Of a stretch of DNA of 64,000 nucleotides, positions 38,923-48,811 are shown in pieces (the first letter of the stretch is position 1; each line of letters opens with the position of its first letter). The stretch is from contig DLUF01000059.1 in the NCBI GenBank assembly GCA_002742765.1, positions 125 through 64,124 on the forward strand. Reading direction: 5' to 3'. The translations under genes and the position numbers were made by a program. Under the pieces are notes generated by a model. That model ran no database searches. It was not told where the DNA came from and saw only the letters and a list, made by a program, of their open reading frames with translations. This stretch comes from Sulfurospirillum sp. UBA12182. GTDB taxonomy: Bacteria; Campylobacterota; Campylobacteria; Campylobacterales; Sulfurospirillaceae.

Positions 38923-40856
38923 CCAACAGATGAGCCACTTGTTTTTGGTTTTTCTGGACGCATAAGAGCAAGACCATCTTTGTCTTTTGCTGCTAAAAGC
39001 ATTCCTTGAGAAAGAAGTCCCATTATCTTTGCTGGTTTGAGGTTTGCTACAACACAAACTTGAGTGTTGATAAGCTCTTGTGGAGCATAATACTCTTTGA
39101 TTCCAGCGATAATCTGGCGAGGTTCACTCTCCCCTAAATCAACTTTGAGCTGTAAGAGTCTATCACTGTTTGCTACTTCAGTAGCCTCTAGGATAGTTCC
39201 GATTTTTAAAGACGTTTGAAAAAACTGGTCGATAGTGATGATAGATTCTTCTTTAGTAGGGGTCTCTTTTTTCTTCTCTTTTGGCTCTTCTTGTTTCAAA
39301 GTTGGCTCAGGTGTTTCCATAAGCTCTTCTTCAATTTTTGGAAATAGTGGTGGAATCTTCTCTATCACAAAATCTTCTAAAAGTTCTTTGTTTAAGATAT
39401 ATTTTTCATAAGATTGGGTAGTGATTTCAAATTGCATAGCATTTGCTATTTTCTTAGCAGTTTGAGGCATGATAGGGCTTACTAAGATACTCACACGAGC
39501 TAGGATGTTTGCTACAAGTCCAACAAGTGCTAAAGCACCTTTTGTATCGCCATTTTTTATCTTTGTCCAAGGTTCATGAGCAGTTATAGCTCCATTGGCG
39601 ATAGCTAAAACTTTCCAAAGATCCTCTAAGTATCTGTTTGTTTGAAGCTCATTTAACTTTGTTTCTACTTCATTTAAGATAGCTTCTACTTCGTTTAACT
39701 CTTTTACATGTAAAGCTTTTACATCTTGTGAAGTGATTTTAAAATCACTATACTTACCGCTCATACCGATGATACGATTTAAAAGGTTTCCAAACTCATT
39801 TCCTAAATCAGAGTTGATTCTATCTATGAGAGCTTTTTGGCTAAAGTCGCCATCTTGCCCAAAAGGAACTTCTCTAAGCATAAAGTATCTAAAGTTTTCA
39901 AGCCCATAAGCATCTGCTACTTCTTTAGGATTTACAACATTGCCTTTAGATTTACTCATCTTTTCGCCATTTCTTGTCCACCAGCCATGTGCTCCTACAT
40001 GTTTTGGAAGTGGTAAGTCTAGGCTCATTAAAAATGCTGGCCAGTAAATCGCGTGAAATCTTAAGATATCTTTGCCTACAAGCTGCATCGTAGCTGGCCA
40101 AAAATGCATATTTTCTTCTTCTTTCCCATAGCCTAAAGCGGTGATATAGTTTAAAAGTGCATCAAGCCAAACGTACATAACGTGTTTCTCATCGTTTAAA
40201 GAAGCAGGAAGTTTAATCCCCCAATCAAAACTTGTTCTTGTTATAGATAAATCACGAAGACCTTGTTTTACAAAGCTGATAACTTCATTTTTCTTGCCTT
40301 TAGGAAGAACACATCTCTCATCTTCGTTATACCACTTAAGAAGTTTTTCTTGGTAGTTTGAGAGTCTAAAAAAGTAACTCTCTTCTTTGACAAGCTTCGT
40401 AGGCTTACCACAATCAGGACAACCCTCTCCATCCATGAGTTGCGTTTCTGTAAAAAAAGTTTCACAGCTCACACAATAATACCCCTCATACTCACCTTTG
40501 TAGATATCCCCTTTTTCAAACATCTTTTCAAAAGCTTTTTGTACACCTAACTTGTGGTCAGCATCTGTAGTACGGATAAACTTGTCATAACTGATATCAA
40601 AATAGTCCCATAATTCTCTAAACTTTCCACTAATCTCATCTGCATACTCTTGAGGACTTCTTCCTCTGCTTTTTGCTGCTTCTTCGATTTTTTGACCATG
40701 CTCATCAGTACCCGTGAGGAAAAATGTCTCTTTTCCTTGCAACCTGTAATATCTAGCCATCGTATCAGCTATGATGGTAGTGTATGCGTGTCCTATATGA
40801 GGAACATCATTTACATAATAGATTGGGGTTGTTACATAAGCTTTGTTGTTGTTCAT
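38919..40856 (-). CDS. metG: Methionine--tRNA ligase with C-terminal tRNA-binding (EMAP/Trbp111-like) domain
   Basis: HIGH (PHIGHAYT), Zn knuckle CVSCETF...CPDCG, KMSKS and a C-terminal OB domain. Confidence 0.9.
   Translation of the reverse strand: MNNNKAYVTTPIYYVNDVPHIGHAYTTIIADTMARYYRLQGKETFFLTGTDEHGQKIEEAAKSRGRSPQEYADEISGKFRELWDYFDISYDKFIRTTDADHKLGVQKAFEKMFEKGDIYKGEYEGYYCVSCETFFTETQLMDGEGCPDCGKPTKLVKEESYFFRLSNYQEKLLKWYNEDERCVLPKGKKNEVISFVKQGLRDLSITRTSFDWGIKLPASLNDEKHVMYVWLDALLNYITALGYGKEEENMHFWPATMQLVGKDILRFHAIYWPAFLMSLDLPLPKHVGAHGWWTRNGEKMSKSKGNVVNPKEVADAYGLENFRYFMLREVPFGQDGDFSQKALIDRINSDLGNEFGNLLNRIIGMSGKYSDFKITSQDVKALHVKELNEVEAILNEVETKLNELQTNRYLEDLWKVLAIANGAITAHEPWTKIKNGDTKGALALVGLVANILARVSILVSPIMPQTAKKIANAMQFEITTQSYEKYILNKELLEDFVIEKIPPLFPKIEEELMETPEPTLKQEEPKEKKKETPTKEESIITIDQFFQTSLKIGTILEATEVANSDRLLQLKVDLGESEPRQIIAGIKEYYAPQELINTQVCVVANLKPAKIMGLLSQGMLLAAKDKDGLALMRPEKPKTSGSSVG
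39703..39714. repeat. Iterated palindrome copy (perfect)
   Basis: In metG, read as LHVK. Followed by an extra half-site, CTTTTACAT, at 39716-39724. Confidence 0.95.
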
Positions 40857-41012
40857 TTAATTATCTCCTTTACCTTGGATGAACTAGTGCAAGCGATTTT
40901 CTCAATCGAAAAAAGCTTCTGTGAAAACCCAAGATAGATTTCTAACACTAAGCACTCACTTTTTGTTTGAAAAGGTTTTGCTTTGTGAAGAAATTTTTTC
41001 CTTTTTTATTTT

Positions 41013-41207
41013 TTAAAATTCAAATCCGCCACTTTGACCTTTGTTCATGCTTTCATAAACAGCCAAAACATAGGTTTTTCTTATCTCACACTCAAAGAGT
41101 GCTTCACAATCCATACAACTTTTTAACTCTTTTTTTTCTTGACACTCTTGTAAAATCTTTTTTTTCTCCGCAAGGGCTAATTCGTATTTGTCTTTTTCGT
41201 TATCCAT
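41013..41207 (-). CDS. Small Cys-rich protein (4 Cys, zinc-ribbon-like)
   Basis: 64 aa, overlaps the fbp end by 8 nt. [19 protein letters not shown]. The same mobB-fbp-small ORF-metG order occurs in C. jejuni as I recall. Confidence 0.45.
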   Translation of the reverse strand: MDNEKDKYELALAEKKKILQECQEKKELKSCMDCEALFECEIRKTYVLAVYESMNKGQSGGFEF

Positions 41208-42036
41208 GAATACTCAAAACCCTTTTTATCTCTTCGTTTGAACCAAAAAAACAAGGTGTTGTATCGTGAGGATGCATAGGGGCTAAATCTAAAAGACGAT
41301 TTTTCCCATCTATTGCCATTCCTCCTGCTTTTTCAAAAACAAAAGCAAAAGGGAAAACTTCAAAAATCATTCTTAACTTTCCTTTTGGAACATCACTGGT
41401 AGATGGATAAGAAAAAAGACCACCACCTTTAAGAAGTATCTGGTGCAAATCAGGAACCATTCCTCCAGAGTAGCGAAGTCTATATCCATCTTGGAAGATA
41501 GCATCTACTAAAGCTTTATGCTCTTTTGACCAACCTTTTTGTGTAGCACCTGGGGCATTGAGTTTGCCTTTTTCACCTAAATGAATCTCTTTTTGGAAGA
41601 TAAACTCATTTTGTTTATTTAAACGGTACATGTACACTTTGTCTGTTGCGATAACTAGCTCAACTCTTGGTCCATAAACCACATAAACACTCGCTTTTAA
41701 GCTACTACCAGCATAATCGCCTTCATAGATTCCAAAAATCGAACCTACACTAAGATTTACATCAATCAAACTTGAACCATCAAGCGGATCGTATCCGACT
41801 AGATACTTACCATTTACATGTAAAGGTGTAGCTTCCTCTTTTTCTTCACTTACAATCTCTTTAACGCTTAAAACACTTTGAAACTCTTCTTCTATAATCA
41901 AATCGCTTTTGATATCGAGTTTTAGCTGTGTATCGCCTGTTGCATTGTGATGGTCTGAGTAACCAGTGTCATCATACTCTATGGCTTCTTTTATCCTAAT
42001 TGCGCTTCTTTTTATCGCTTCAAATATCTCAGTCAT
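41200..42036 (-). CDS. fbp: Fructose-1,6-bisphosphatase class 1
   Basis: Start set to ATG 42034-42036 (MTEIFEA...), 7 nt after GGAG. ...DPLDGSS..., ...RYSGGMV.DLHQ.... Confidence 0.85.
   Translation of the reverse strand: MTEIFEAIKRSAIRIKEAIEYDDTGYSDHHNATGDTQLKLDIKSDLIIEEEFQSVLSVKEIVSEEKEEATPLHVNGKYLVGYDPLDGSSLIDVNLSVGSIFGIYEGDYAGSSLKASVYVVYGPRVELVIATDKVYMYRLNKQNEFIFQKEIHLGEKGKLNAPGATQKGWSKEHKALVDAIFQDGYRLRYSGGMVPDLHQILLKGGGLFSYPSTSDVPKGKLRMIFEVFPFAFVFEKAGGMAIDGKNRLLDLAPMHPHDTTPCFFGSNEEIKRVLSIHG
41813..41824. repeat. Iterated palindrome copy (perfect)
   Basis: In fbp, read as LHVN. Confidence 0.95.
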
Positions 42037-42093
42037 TTTCTTCTCCAAAAGGGGTCAGGTCTAAACTCTAAACTTTTTTCTAAAGATAAAGTT

Positions 42094-42603
42094 TTAGCAC
42101 TGTGCCTTATCTATTTTTTTTGCATTTTTGAGTATCCACTCAACTATCATTTGGGCATCATTTAAATCTAAAATCTCCAAATGACTAGGCAGCGTATAAT
42201 CTTTAAGATCAATACTCTCATCAATGGCTAAAGCATTGCTTACTTCAAAGTAACTCTCATCTAGTTTGTTTCTAAAAACAGAAATTCTAGGGAGAGGGAG
42301 CGTTTTTAAGCCCTCAACTAACAAAATATCAAACTCACCTAAGAGTTTTATGATTTCATCTATCTCTTTTGGTTGTTGTGAGAGAAGGGTAGTTCTTGTT
42401 GGGCTTGCAACAACAACTTCAGCACCAGTTTGTGAAAACTTCCAGCTATCTTTTCCTTCTTTGTCAAAAACTGCTTTATCACTAGGGTCATGTTTGACGA
42501 TTGCTAGTTTATACTTTTGTTTTAAAATTTGTGCAACTTTTACTATAAGTGTGGTTTTCCCACTATTTGATGGACCGCTAAATGCGATAGCAAGAGACTC
42601 CAT
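42094..42603 (-). CDS. mobB: Molybdopterin-guanine dinucleotide biosynthesis adaptor MobB
   Basis: P-loop FSGPSNSGKTTL, 169 aa. Confidence 0.75.
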   Translation of the reverse strand: MESLAIAFSGPSNSGKTTLIVKVAQILKQKYKLAIVKHDPSDKAVFDKEGKDSWKFSQTGAEVVVASPTRTTLLSQQPKEIDEIIKLLGEFDILLVEGLKTLPLPRISVFRNKLDESYFEVSNALAIDESIDLKDYTLPSHLEILDLNDAQMIVEWILKNAKKIDKAQC

Positions 42604-42631
42604 AAAACACCTTATTTTTAAATATTTTGCG

Positions 42632-42640
42632 ATTATATCA
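42632..42640 (-). promoter_or_regulatory. Extended -10 promoter element upstream of mobB
   Basis: Minus strand TGATATAAT (TGnTATAAT), 29 nt upstream of the mobB ATG. Confidence 0.45.
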
Positions 42641-42719
42641 AAATGGTGCTTGAATTTTAATGAGATTGTTATGCAAAAGAGATTAAAATCACTTTTTTAG
42701 ATTGTGATGAAGGTTTGAT

Positions 42720-43193
42720 ATGCGGGTTTCATTTTTACTTTTTTGTCTTGTTTTTTTATTTTCTGGATGTGTATCAAAAAAAGTTTTGGTTCAAGAAGAT
42801 TTAGTGCATGAACAAGCCCTAGTAAATTCAAAAAGTGTTCAAATAAAAAAAGATAATAAAGTTATCGCCTATATCGTCTTAACTTATCTTAATCAAGTAG
42901 ATGAAAAATTTGTCGATGAAGAGTTTGATAAGTTTGTTGTTGGTGTTTATACCCCTTTGAAAGATGGATTTGCATCACAAATCGAGATTGTTTTAAATGA
43001 GGATGCAAACACTACTTTAGTGGAAAAATTAGATTATGAAAATAAGATCTTAGAGGTTATTCCTTCAAAAAATGTTTGGAATACCTACTATCTTGTACAA
43101 AGTAAAAAAAGAAAATCAAAAGAGATTAAAGTAACTTTTGAGAATGAAGAATTTGACAAAACTTCTCTTGTTTTTAGGAAAGATTATTTATAA
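42720..43193 (+). CDS. Lipoprotein, unknown function
   Basis: Lipobox LFSGC. 157 aa with no recognisable motif. Confidence 0.55.
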   Translation: MRVSFLLFCLVFLFSGCVSKKVLVQEDLVHEQALVNSKSVQIKKDNKVIAYIVLTYLNQVDEKFVDEEFDKFVVGVYTPLKDGFASQIEIVLNEDANTTLVEKLDYENKILEVIPSKNVWNTYYLVQSKKRKSKEIKVTFENEEFDKTSLVFRKDYL

Positions 43194-43198
43194 AAAAG

Positions 43199-43207
43199 TG
43201 TTATAAT
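43199..43207 (+). promoter_or_regulatory. Extended -10 promoter element upstream of sodB
   Basis: TGTTATAAT, 30 nt upstream of the sodB ATG. AAGGAG RBS follows. Confidence 0.5.
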
Positions 43208-43236
43208 CGTCGTAAATCCAAATTAAAGGAGAGACG

Positions 43237-43833
43237 ATGGCTTTAGAACTACCAAGTTTGCCTTATGAAAAAAGTTCACTTGAACCTTATATAAGTGCTC
43301 AAACCCTAGACTTTCACCACGGAAAACATCATCAAGCATATGTTACAAATGCAAACAATCTTACTAAAGATACACCTTTGGAAAATTTATCTTTAGAGGA
43401 TTTGATTTTGCATGTTGCAAATAAGCCAGATAAAGTAGGTATTTTTAACAATGCAGCTCAAGTTTGGAATCATACTTTTTATTGGAATTGCATGAAGCCA
43501 AATGGAGGTGGTACTCCTTCTGGCATGATAGCTCAAAAAATAGATGAAGATTTTGGAAGTTTTGAAAACTTTGTTTCAGAGTTTAAAATAGCAGCTACAA
43601 CACAGTTTGGAAGCGGTTGGGCATGGCTTGTTTTAGATGAAAAAAAGTTAAAAATCATCAAAACACCAAATGCAGATACTCCGATGGTACACGGCTTAAA
43701 AGCACTCTTAACAGTTGATGTTTGGGAACATGCTTATTATCTGGATTATCAAAATCGACGACCTGATTATGTAGATATATTTTTAAAACATCTTGTAAAT
43801 TGGGATTTTGTAAATCAAAATCTTCTTTCATAA
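43237..43833 (+). CDS. sodB: Fe/Mn superoxide dismutase
   Basis: LPYEKSSLEPYISAQTLDFHHGKHH...DVWEHAYYLDYQNRR. Confidence 0.9.
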   Translation: MALELPSLPYEKSSLEPYISAQTLDFHHGKHHQAYVTNANNLTKDTPLENLSLEDLILHVANKPDKVGIFNNAAQVWNHTFYWNCMKPNGGGTPSGMIAQKIDEDFGSFENFVSEFKIAATTQFGSGWAWLVLDEKKLKIIKTPNADTPMVHGLKALLTVDVWEHAYYLDYQNRRPDYVDIFLKHLVNWDFVNQNLLS

Positions 43834-43837
43834 AAAC

Positions 43838-43856
43838 CTCCCCGCTTAGCGGGGAG
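43838..43856. terminator. Bidirectional terminator between sodB and the dsbA-like gene
   Basis: CTCCCCG-CTTAG-CGGGGAG stem, flanked by AAAAA upstream and a T-rich stretch downstream. Confidence 0.65.
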
Positions 43857-43859
43857 AAT

Positions 43860-44498
43860 TTACTTTTTTAACTCTTCTTCTATCAAATCAACCAACTCTT
43901 GGTAACCAAACTTTTCAAGTGCTCTACCATTGACAAAATAAGAGGGTGTTTTGTTTACATGTAAAGCTTTTGCATCTTCTAAATCTTCTTTGATGAGGTG
44001 AGTTATTTTTTCAGATTGAACATCAGCTTTTAGCTTGGAAACATCTATCCAAAAATTTTCTAAAAGTTTCCAAACAGCTTGTTTATCAACAACATGATTG
44101 TTTATCCAGTATCTTTGGGTTGCAAAGAAAAATTCTAAAGTTTCAAGATAGAGATTTTGCTCTCTTGAAGCCTCGATGATTTTTACTACTTCATCAGAAT
44201 TTTCGTGAAATGGGGCATATCTGAGGATAAGTTGGATTTGTTCTGGATGTTTTTTCATAATCTCTTTGACAAAAGGGTAAAACTGCGCACATGTACCACA
44301 AGCTGGATCAAAAAACTCAACTAGTTTGACTTTTGCGTCATCACTTCCTATCTTAAAGGAGTAGGGCTTTATCAAAAGAGTCTCTTTTGAAGTGCTTTGC
44401 GTAAAATTAGAGAGATTTTTGTAGTAATAAGCTCCCAATGCAAACAATAAAATAACTGATATAACAGAAATGACAATAAGCGTTTTTTCATTTTTCAT
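43860..44498 (-). CDS. DsbA/BdbD-like thiol:disulfide oxidoreductase
   Basis: N-terminal anchor and thioredoxin fold with active site CGTC. Confidence 0.7.
   Translation of the reverse strand: MKNEKTLIVISVISVILLFALGAYYYKNLSNFTQSTSKETLLIKPYSFKIGSDDAKVKLVEFFDPACGTCAQFYPFVKEIMKKHPEQIQLILRYAPFHENSDEVVKIIEASREQNLYLETLEFFFATQRYWINNHVVDKQAVWKLLENFWIDVSKLKADVQSEKITHLIKEDLEDAKALHVNKTPSYFVNGRALEKFGYQELVDLIEEELKK
43954..43965. repeat. Iterated palindrome copy (perfect)
   Basis: In the dsbA-like CDS, read as LHVN. Confidence 0.95.
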
Positions 44499-44892
44499 GA
44501 TTTTTTCCTTTTAATAAAAAAAATAAGATAAGCACAAATGCACTCAGTGATAAAAATGGAATTGTTATAAAACCAAACCATTCTATATACTTTGTACTAC
44601 AAGGAACTCCCATAACACAAGGACTAGCGTTCTCAGGAACAATTTCATAGTGGATAAGATTATGGTAGATTGCAAAAAGAAATCCCAAAAGAACAAAAGG
44701 AAAAGCATAGATAAAAACCATTTTATCACGTTTAAGCATACCTATAAGAAGAATGATACTTAAAGGATACATACAAATTCTTTGATACCAACAAAGTGTA
44801 CATGGGATAAAAGACATAACTTCACTAAAAAAGAGACTGCCAAATGTTGCAATAAGTGAAATCAACCATGCGAAAAAGAGAAAAATATTCAA
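44488..44892 (-). CDS. DsbB/BdbC-family disulfide bond formation protein
   Basis: 134 aa, 4 TMs. CTLCWYQRICMYP and a second Cys pair CVMGVPC. Confidence 0.7.
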   Translation of the reverse strand: MNIFLFFAWLISLIATFGSLFFSEVMSFIPCTLCWYQRICMYPLSIILLIGMLKRDKMVFIYAFPFVLLGFLFAIYHNLIHYEIVPENASPCVMGVPCSTKYIEWFGFITIPFLSLSAFVLILFFLLKGKNHEK

Positions 44893-45118
44893 AAAGAATC
44901 CTTTGTAAAAATTTTTGAAATAGTAACTGCTTTTTGTTAATACAAGATTGTTTTATATCAAGAAAACTAATAATTATGAATTTTTTAACAAGATTTTTAC
45001 TTCTAAAAGTTAAATCTTTTTTTCGTCAGTCATTTTTTGTAACACATTCAAAAGTTCGTTAGATAAAGCTTTAGAGGACGAGTGGCTTAAAAAAATAAAA
45101 CAAAAATTATCCTAATTG

Positions 45119-45147
45119 TTGACAAGTTCATAAAAAAGTATTAATAT
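45119..45147 (+). promoter_or_regulatory. Sigma70-like promoter upstream of sorAB
   Basis: TTGACA, a 17-nt spacer, then TAATAT. About 40 nt upstream of ATG 45188. Confidence 0.5.
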
Positions 45148-45187
45148 TGTTTTAGGAAGTCACAAAAAAGTTATTTTGGAGGAGCAG

Positions 45188-46513
45188 ATGAAAAAAAAAG
45201 AAAAAAAAGAATTAGGATTACATGAAGCTTACTTTCATGACCCGATTCAAGCTGATAAAGCTATTTTTGGTAGAGAAGTTGATCCTGTAACAAGAAGAGG
45301 GTTTTTAAAGAAGAGTTCACTCTTAGCTATGGCTGCTCTTGTTGGTTCTAACATCCCTTTTGCAAGCAGTATGCCTGGAGGACTTATCCCAGTAGCACTT
45401 GCAGATACAACAACACCTTTTAAAATAGATGGTAAAGATGGTTTAATTTATCTTAATGACCGTCCTGTAAATGCTGAGACTCCACCTCATCTCTTAGATG
45501 ATATGTTTACACCAGCAAAACATTTTTTCATCAGAAACAATGGTGTACCACCTGAGATGCAAACTATCAATCCAGATACTTGGACATTAGAGATAGGAGG
45601 GGAGAGTTGCTTAAATCCTCAAAGCTTTACACTCCCTGAGTTAAAGAAAAAGTTCAAACACTATACTTATGCCTTACAACTAGAGTGTGGAGGAAACGGT
45701 AGAAGTGAATTTAACCCACCAGCAAAAGGAAACCAATGGACAACAGGAGCTGTTGGCTGTGGTAGATGGACAGGTGTGAGATTAAGAGATGTTCTACAAG
45801 CTTGTGGTATCAAAGAAGATGCTGTTTATATAGGATATTATGGTAAAGATACCCATCTAAGTGGAGACCCTACAAAAGTAGTAATCTCTCGTGGCGTACC
45901 TATGTCAAAGGCTTTAGAAGATGAAACTTTAATCGCTTGGGAGTATGAAGGAGAAGAAATTCCTCATTATAATGGTTATCCACTTCGTTTAGTAGCAGGT
46001 GGTTGGCCAGCTTCAGTAAGTGGTAAGTGGCTCTCAAAGATAGTTATAAGAAATAAAGAACATGATGGTGAGAAGATGACAGGACAATCATACAGAGTCC
46101 CTTGTGAACCAGTAGCCCCAGGTACAAATGTTCCAAATGAAGATATGTGTATCATGGAATCAATGCCAGTAAAATCTCTCATCACTTATCCAAAAACAGG
46201 CATATCACATGATTTAAAAGATGTTTTTGCTTTTAGAGGAAAAGCGTGGGCAGGTGACTTGGAAGTTATAAAAATGGATGTTTCTATCGACTTTGGAGCA
46301 ACTTGGCATGAGGCTAAAGTAAAAAAACCGCTTAACAGATTAGCATGGCAAGAGTGGGAAGCAACTATAAAGTTTCCTAAAAAAGGTTACTATGAAGTGT
46401 GGGCTCGTGCGACAGATTCGAATGGTGTAGCACAACCTACAATCCTTCCAGGATGGAATCCTAGAGGATATCTTAACAATGCTTGCCATCGTATAGCTGT
46501 TCAAGTCGTATAA
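45188..46513 (+). CDS. sorA: Molybdopterin sulfite:cytochrome c oxidoreductase catalytic subunit (SorA-like)
   Basis: ATG 45188 lies 5 nt after GGAGG (ORF-track TTG 45176 rejected). Tat signal TRRGFLKK. Sulfite-oxidase-family Mo-co and dimerisation domains. Confidence 0.7.
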   Translation: MKKKEKKELGLHEAYFHDPIQADKAIFGREVDPVTRRGFLKKSSLLAMAALVGSNIPFASSMPGGLIPVALADTTTPFKIDGKDGLIYLNDRPVNAETPPHLLDDMFTPAKHFFIRNNGVPPEMQTINPDTWTLEIGGESCLNPQSFTLPELKKKFKHYTYALQLECGGNGRSEFNPPAKGNQWTTGAVGCGRWTGVRLRDVLQACGIKEDAVYIGYYGKDTHLSGDPTKVVISRGVPMSKALEDETLIAWEYEGEEIPHYNGYPLRLVAGGWPASVSGKWLSKIVIRNKEHDGEKMTGQSYRVPCEPVAPGTNVPNEDMCIMESMPVKSLITYPKTGISHDLKDVFAFRGKAWAGDLEVIKMDVSIDFGATWHEAKVKKPLNRLAWQEWEATIKFPKKGYYEVWARATDSNGVAQPTILPGWNPRGYLNNACHRIAVQVV

Positions 46514-46523
46514 AGGAGTGAGT

Positions 46524-46883
46524 ATGAAAAAATCACTCATTGTAGGGATTTTAACCCTATTCATAGGTGTTTTACATGTAAATGCTTCTTCTAAAGTAGA
46601 TGAGCAAACAGGGCTTATCATAGCACCTGGTTTTGAAGAAGTGAAGACAAACTGTACTGTGTGTCACTCGGCAAAGTTTATCACTTTGCAAAGAGGAGAT
46701 AAAGCCTCTTGGTTATCTATGATACGATGGATGCAAAAAACACAAGGACTTTGGGAGTTTGACAAGCCTTTAGAAGAGACGATTTTGACGTATCTTGCAA
46801 CAAACTATCCACCTGGGAAAGCTTCAAGACGTCCAAATCTAAAACATACAGCACTACCTCCAAACCCTTATGAGAAGCCTTAA
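46524..46883 (+). CDS. sorB: Monohaem cytochrome c subunit (SorB-like)
   Basis: ATG 46524 lies after AAGGAG. Signal peptide and a single CTVCH haem site. Confidence 0.65.
   Translation: MKKSLIVGILTLFIGVLHVNASSKVDEQTGLIIAPGFEEVKTNCTVCHSAKFITLQRGDKASWLSMIRWMQKTQGLWEFDKPLEETILTYLATNYPPGKASRRPNLKHTALPPNPYEKP
46571..46582. repeat. Iterated palindrome copy (perfect)
   Basis: In the sorB signal peptide, read as LHVN. Confidence 0.95.
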
Positions 46884-46895
46884 ATCAAGGCTTCT
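46873..46895. terminator. Hairpin spanning both stop codons of convergent sorB and slt
   Basis: AGAAGCCTT-AAATC-AAGGCTTCT, a 9-bp stem. Both proteins end in ...KP because the arms are coding. Confidence 0.45.
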
Positions 46896-48531
46896 TTCTA
46901 AACTCATCTGTTTTTTGAGGATTTGTCAAATCTTCAAAAACAGAGGCGAGGGATACTTGATCTTGTAAAATACGTCTATATATAATGTAGTTTGCCAAAA
47001 CTTTTTTACCATATCTTCGACTTTCATCATATCCTACTAACTCCATACTCATATATGGTTCATATCTTCCTTTTTGAAAAAGACCACTTAACAACAGTCT
47101 TTTTGTAAATCCTATACCACCGTTGTAAGCATAAGCAACAAATAAAGGGTGATGGAGATATTTTTCGAGATAATCCAGATGTATATCTGCAAACAGATAA
47201 GCAGTCTCAGGATTGAACATATCTTCAAGGTCAAAATCTATAAAACCTTTTCTTTTGGCTATGTCATTTGCTAAAAAAGGCATAAACTGCATCATCCCAA
47301 GAGCATAAGAGGTAGATATGGCTGAGGGGATAAAGCGACTCTCTTGTCTAGCGATACTTAAGATAAGAGCTTTTCGATGTATCGAGTCTGATTTTAGAAA
47401 TTGTTGATAAGGTAGAGGGAAATAGTGGTCTTTGTATCCACTAGCCTTTTCCATGATAAATGAAAAATGAGGAAGCGAGGAGCCATAAAGATAGATGTTA
47501 GCTAAAGCTTCTAACTCTTCTTTACTTTTGCCTTTAAAACTCTCTTCTAACTTTATCCATGCAAAGGGGTCTTTCTCATCAAAAAAAGGATGAGGTTCAT
47601 ATGCCTTTGCTATCATGATATTGTTTTTTTTCTTACCTGCTAGAATCGTATAAATGTTTAAATCAAAGCTCTCTTGGAGCATTTTTTTGTATTTTTGGTC
47701 ATCACTAGCAAGATACTGCCAAAAAAGAACTTTATCTTTATCCATCTGGAAATAAGCTTTTTTATAAGCCTCTTCAAAGTACAAAAAAGCTTGCTGTTTT
47801 TTCTCTAACTTTAAAGCGTTTAAGCCCAAATAAAAAAGACTTAAGTGGTTTAAGGAAGCTTCTTTTGGATTTAAAAAGAGAAGTGATTTTTGTACTTTTT
47901 GTAGTTTGATATCAGTGACAATATGTTTTATAGTACTGTTTATACGTGAATCTTTAGAGAGTTCTTCGATTTTTTCTTTTGAGATGATTTTATCAAAGTG
48001 TTCTCTTCTAAATTTTGCACCAACGGCATTGAAAACTTCAAAAAAAGCATCATTACCACCTTGCATCATGCTCTCATAAACATTTTCTTGTGAAAGTATT
48101 TGTAAACTCAAAGCCTCTTTATAAGGAGCTAGTTTTTTAGAGAGCTTGGCAAGAAGAGTTTTATCGAGTTTTGTTGCTTCATAAACACTAAGCCCAATAG
48201 CGATACAATCTCTATCTTCATCTTTTAAAAGCTCTTCTGTTTTCATCAAGATACACAAAGAAGCCTTTTTTATCCCCTCATCATCTAGTTTTGAGGCAAA
48301 AGCATGAAAAAGTTTCCAGTTCATCCTTGAAGCATGTTCTAGGAGTTTCCACGCATCTTCACGAGAACAAAACTCAGAGTTAAGATACTCATATATATAA
48401 AAATCTTTTGCAACACTTTTTGGTTTATCCTCAAAAAATGAGATATCCTTAGGGGTGCTAGCGAAGCTTACATGTAAAGGCAAAAAGCAAAGAAAAAGAG
48501 TAAAAAAACTTTTTTTAAAGGGCATTGGCAA
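46885..48531 (-). CDS. slt: Soluble lytic murein transglycosylase (Slt family)
   Basis: Signal peptide, superhelical N-domain and an SLT catalytic block ARQESRFIP...GMMQFMP...AYNGG. Confidence 0.75.
   Translation of the reverse strand: MPMPFKKSFFTLFLCFLPLHVSFASTPKDISFFEDKPKSVAKDFYIYEYLNSEFCSREDAWKLLEHASRMNWKLFHAFASKLDDEGIKKASLCILMKTEELLKDEDRDCIAIGLSVYEATKLDKTLLAKLSKKLAPYKEALSLQILSQENVYESMMQGGNDAFFEVFNAVGAKFRREHFDKIISKEKIEELSKDSRINSTIKHIVTDIKLQKVQKSLLFLNPKEASLNHLSLFYLGLNALKLEKKQQAFLYFEEAYKKAYFQMDKDKVLFWQYLASDDQKYKKMLQESFDLNIYTILAGKKKNNIMIAKAYEPHPFFDEKDPFAWIKLEESFKGKSKEELEALANIYLYGSSLPHFSFIMEKASGYKDHYFPLPYQQFLKSDSIHRKALILSIARQESRFIPSAISTSYALGMMQFMPFLANDIAKRKGFIDFDLEDMFNPETAYLFADIHLDYLEKYLHHPLFVAYAYNGGIGFTKRLLLSGLFQKGRYEPYMSMELVGYDESRRYGKKVLANYIIYRRILQDQVSLASVFEDLTNPQKTDEFRKKP
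48467..48478. repeat. Iterated palindrome copy (1 mismatch)
   Basis: cTTACATGTAAA in the slt signal peptide, read as LHVS. Confidence 0.9.
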
Positions 48532-48811
48532 GGCTAAAAAGTAGTTTTACTGCAAAAAGGTCTAAAAACTGCAATCCCAAAATGATGATGATAGGAGAGA
48601 GGTCAATCCCACCTATAACAGTTGGAATGTAACGTCTAACAAACTCATAAACAGGCTCTGTAAGGCGTCTTAAGATTTGTACAATTGGATTATATGGATC
48701 AGGTCTTACCCAAGTGATAAGAGCTGAGATAATCACCACCCAAATATAAATACTAATAACCATATGAAGGATTTGTGCAATCGCTTCTATAAAAGTTGCA
48801 AGAACCATCAT
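48515..48811 (-). CDS. YggT-family membrane protein
   Basis: 98 aa, two TM pairs. ...ILRRLTEPVY...IGGIDLSPII.... Confidence 0.7.
   Translation of the reverse strand: MMVLATFIEAIAQILHMVISIYIWVVIISALITWVRPDPYNPIVQILRRLTEPVYEFVRRYIPTVIGGIDLSPIIIILGLQFLDLFAVKLLFSLANAL

Noticed and set aside
38923-39057. N-terminal 45 codons of ORF 37975..39057
   Set aside because: This part overlaps the metG C-terminal tRNA-binding domain in another frame. The internal ATG, with its ATGA stop-start junction, is the more plausible start.
40650-41209. Plus-strand ORFs 40650..40937 and 40967..41209 near the metG start
   Set aside because: They overlap the metG 5' end, its upstream region and the small Cys-rich gene on the opposite strand. 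The sequences are hydrophobic and low-complexity, with no RBS.
45191-45208. A9 and A8 homopolymer runs at the 5' end of sorA as phase-variation tracts
   Set aside because: They simply encode a Lys-rich N-terminus (MKKKEKKE) ahead of the Tat signal. Phase variation in this phylum typically uses longer poly-G/C tracts. The longest G run seen is G6 (14750-14755, in amiA).
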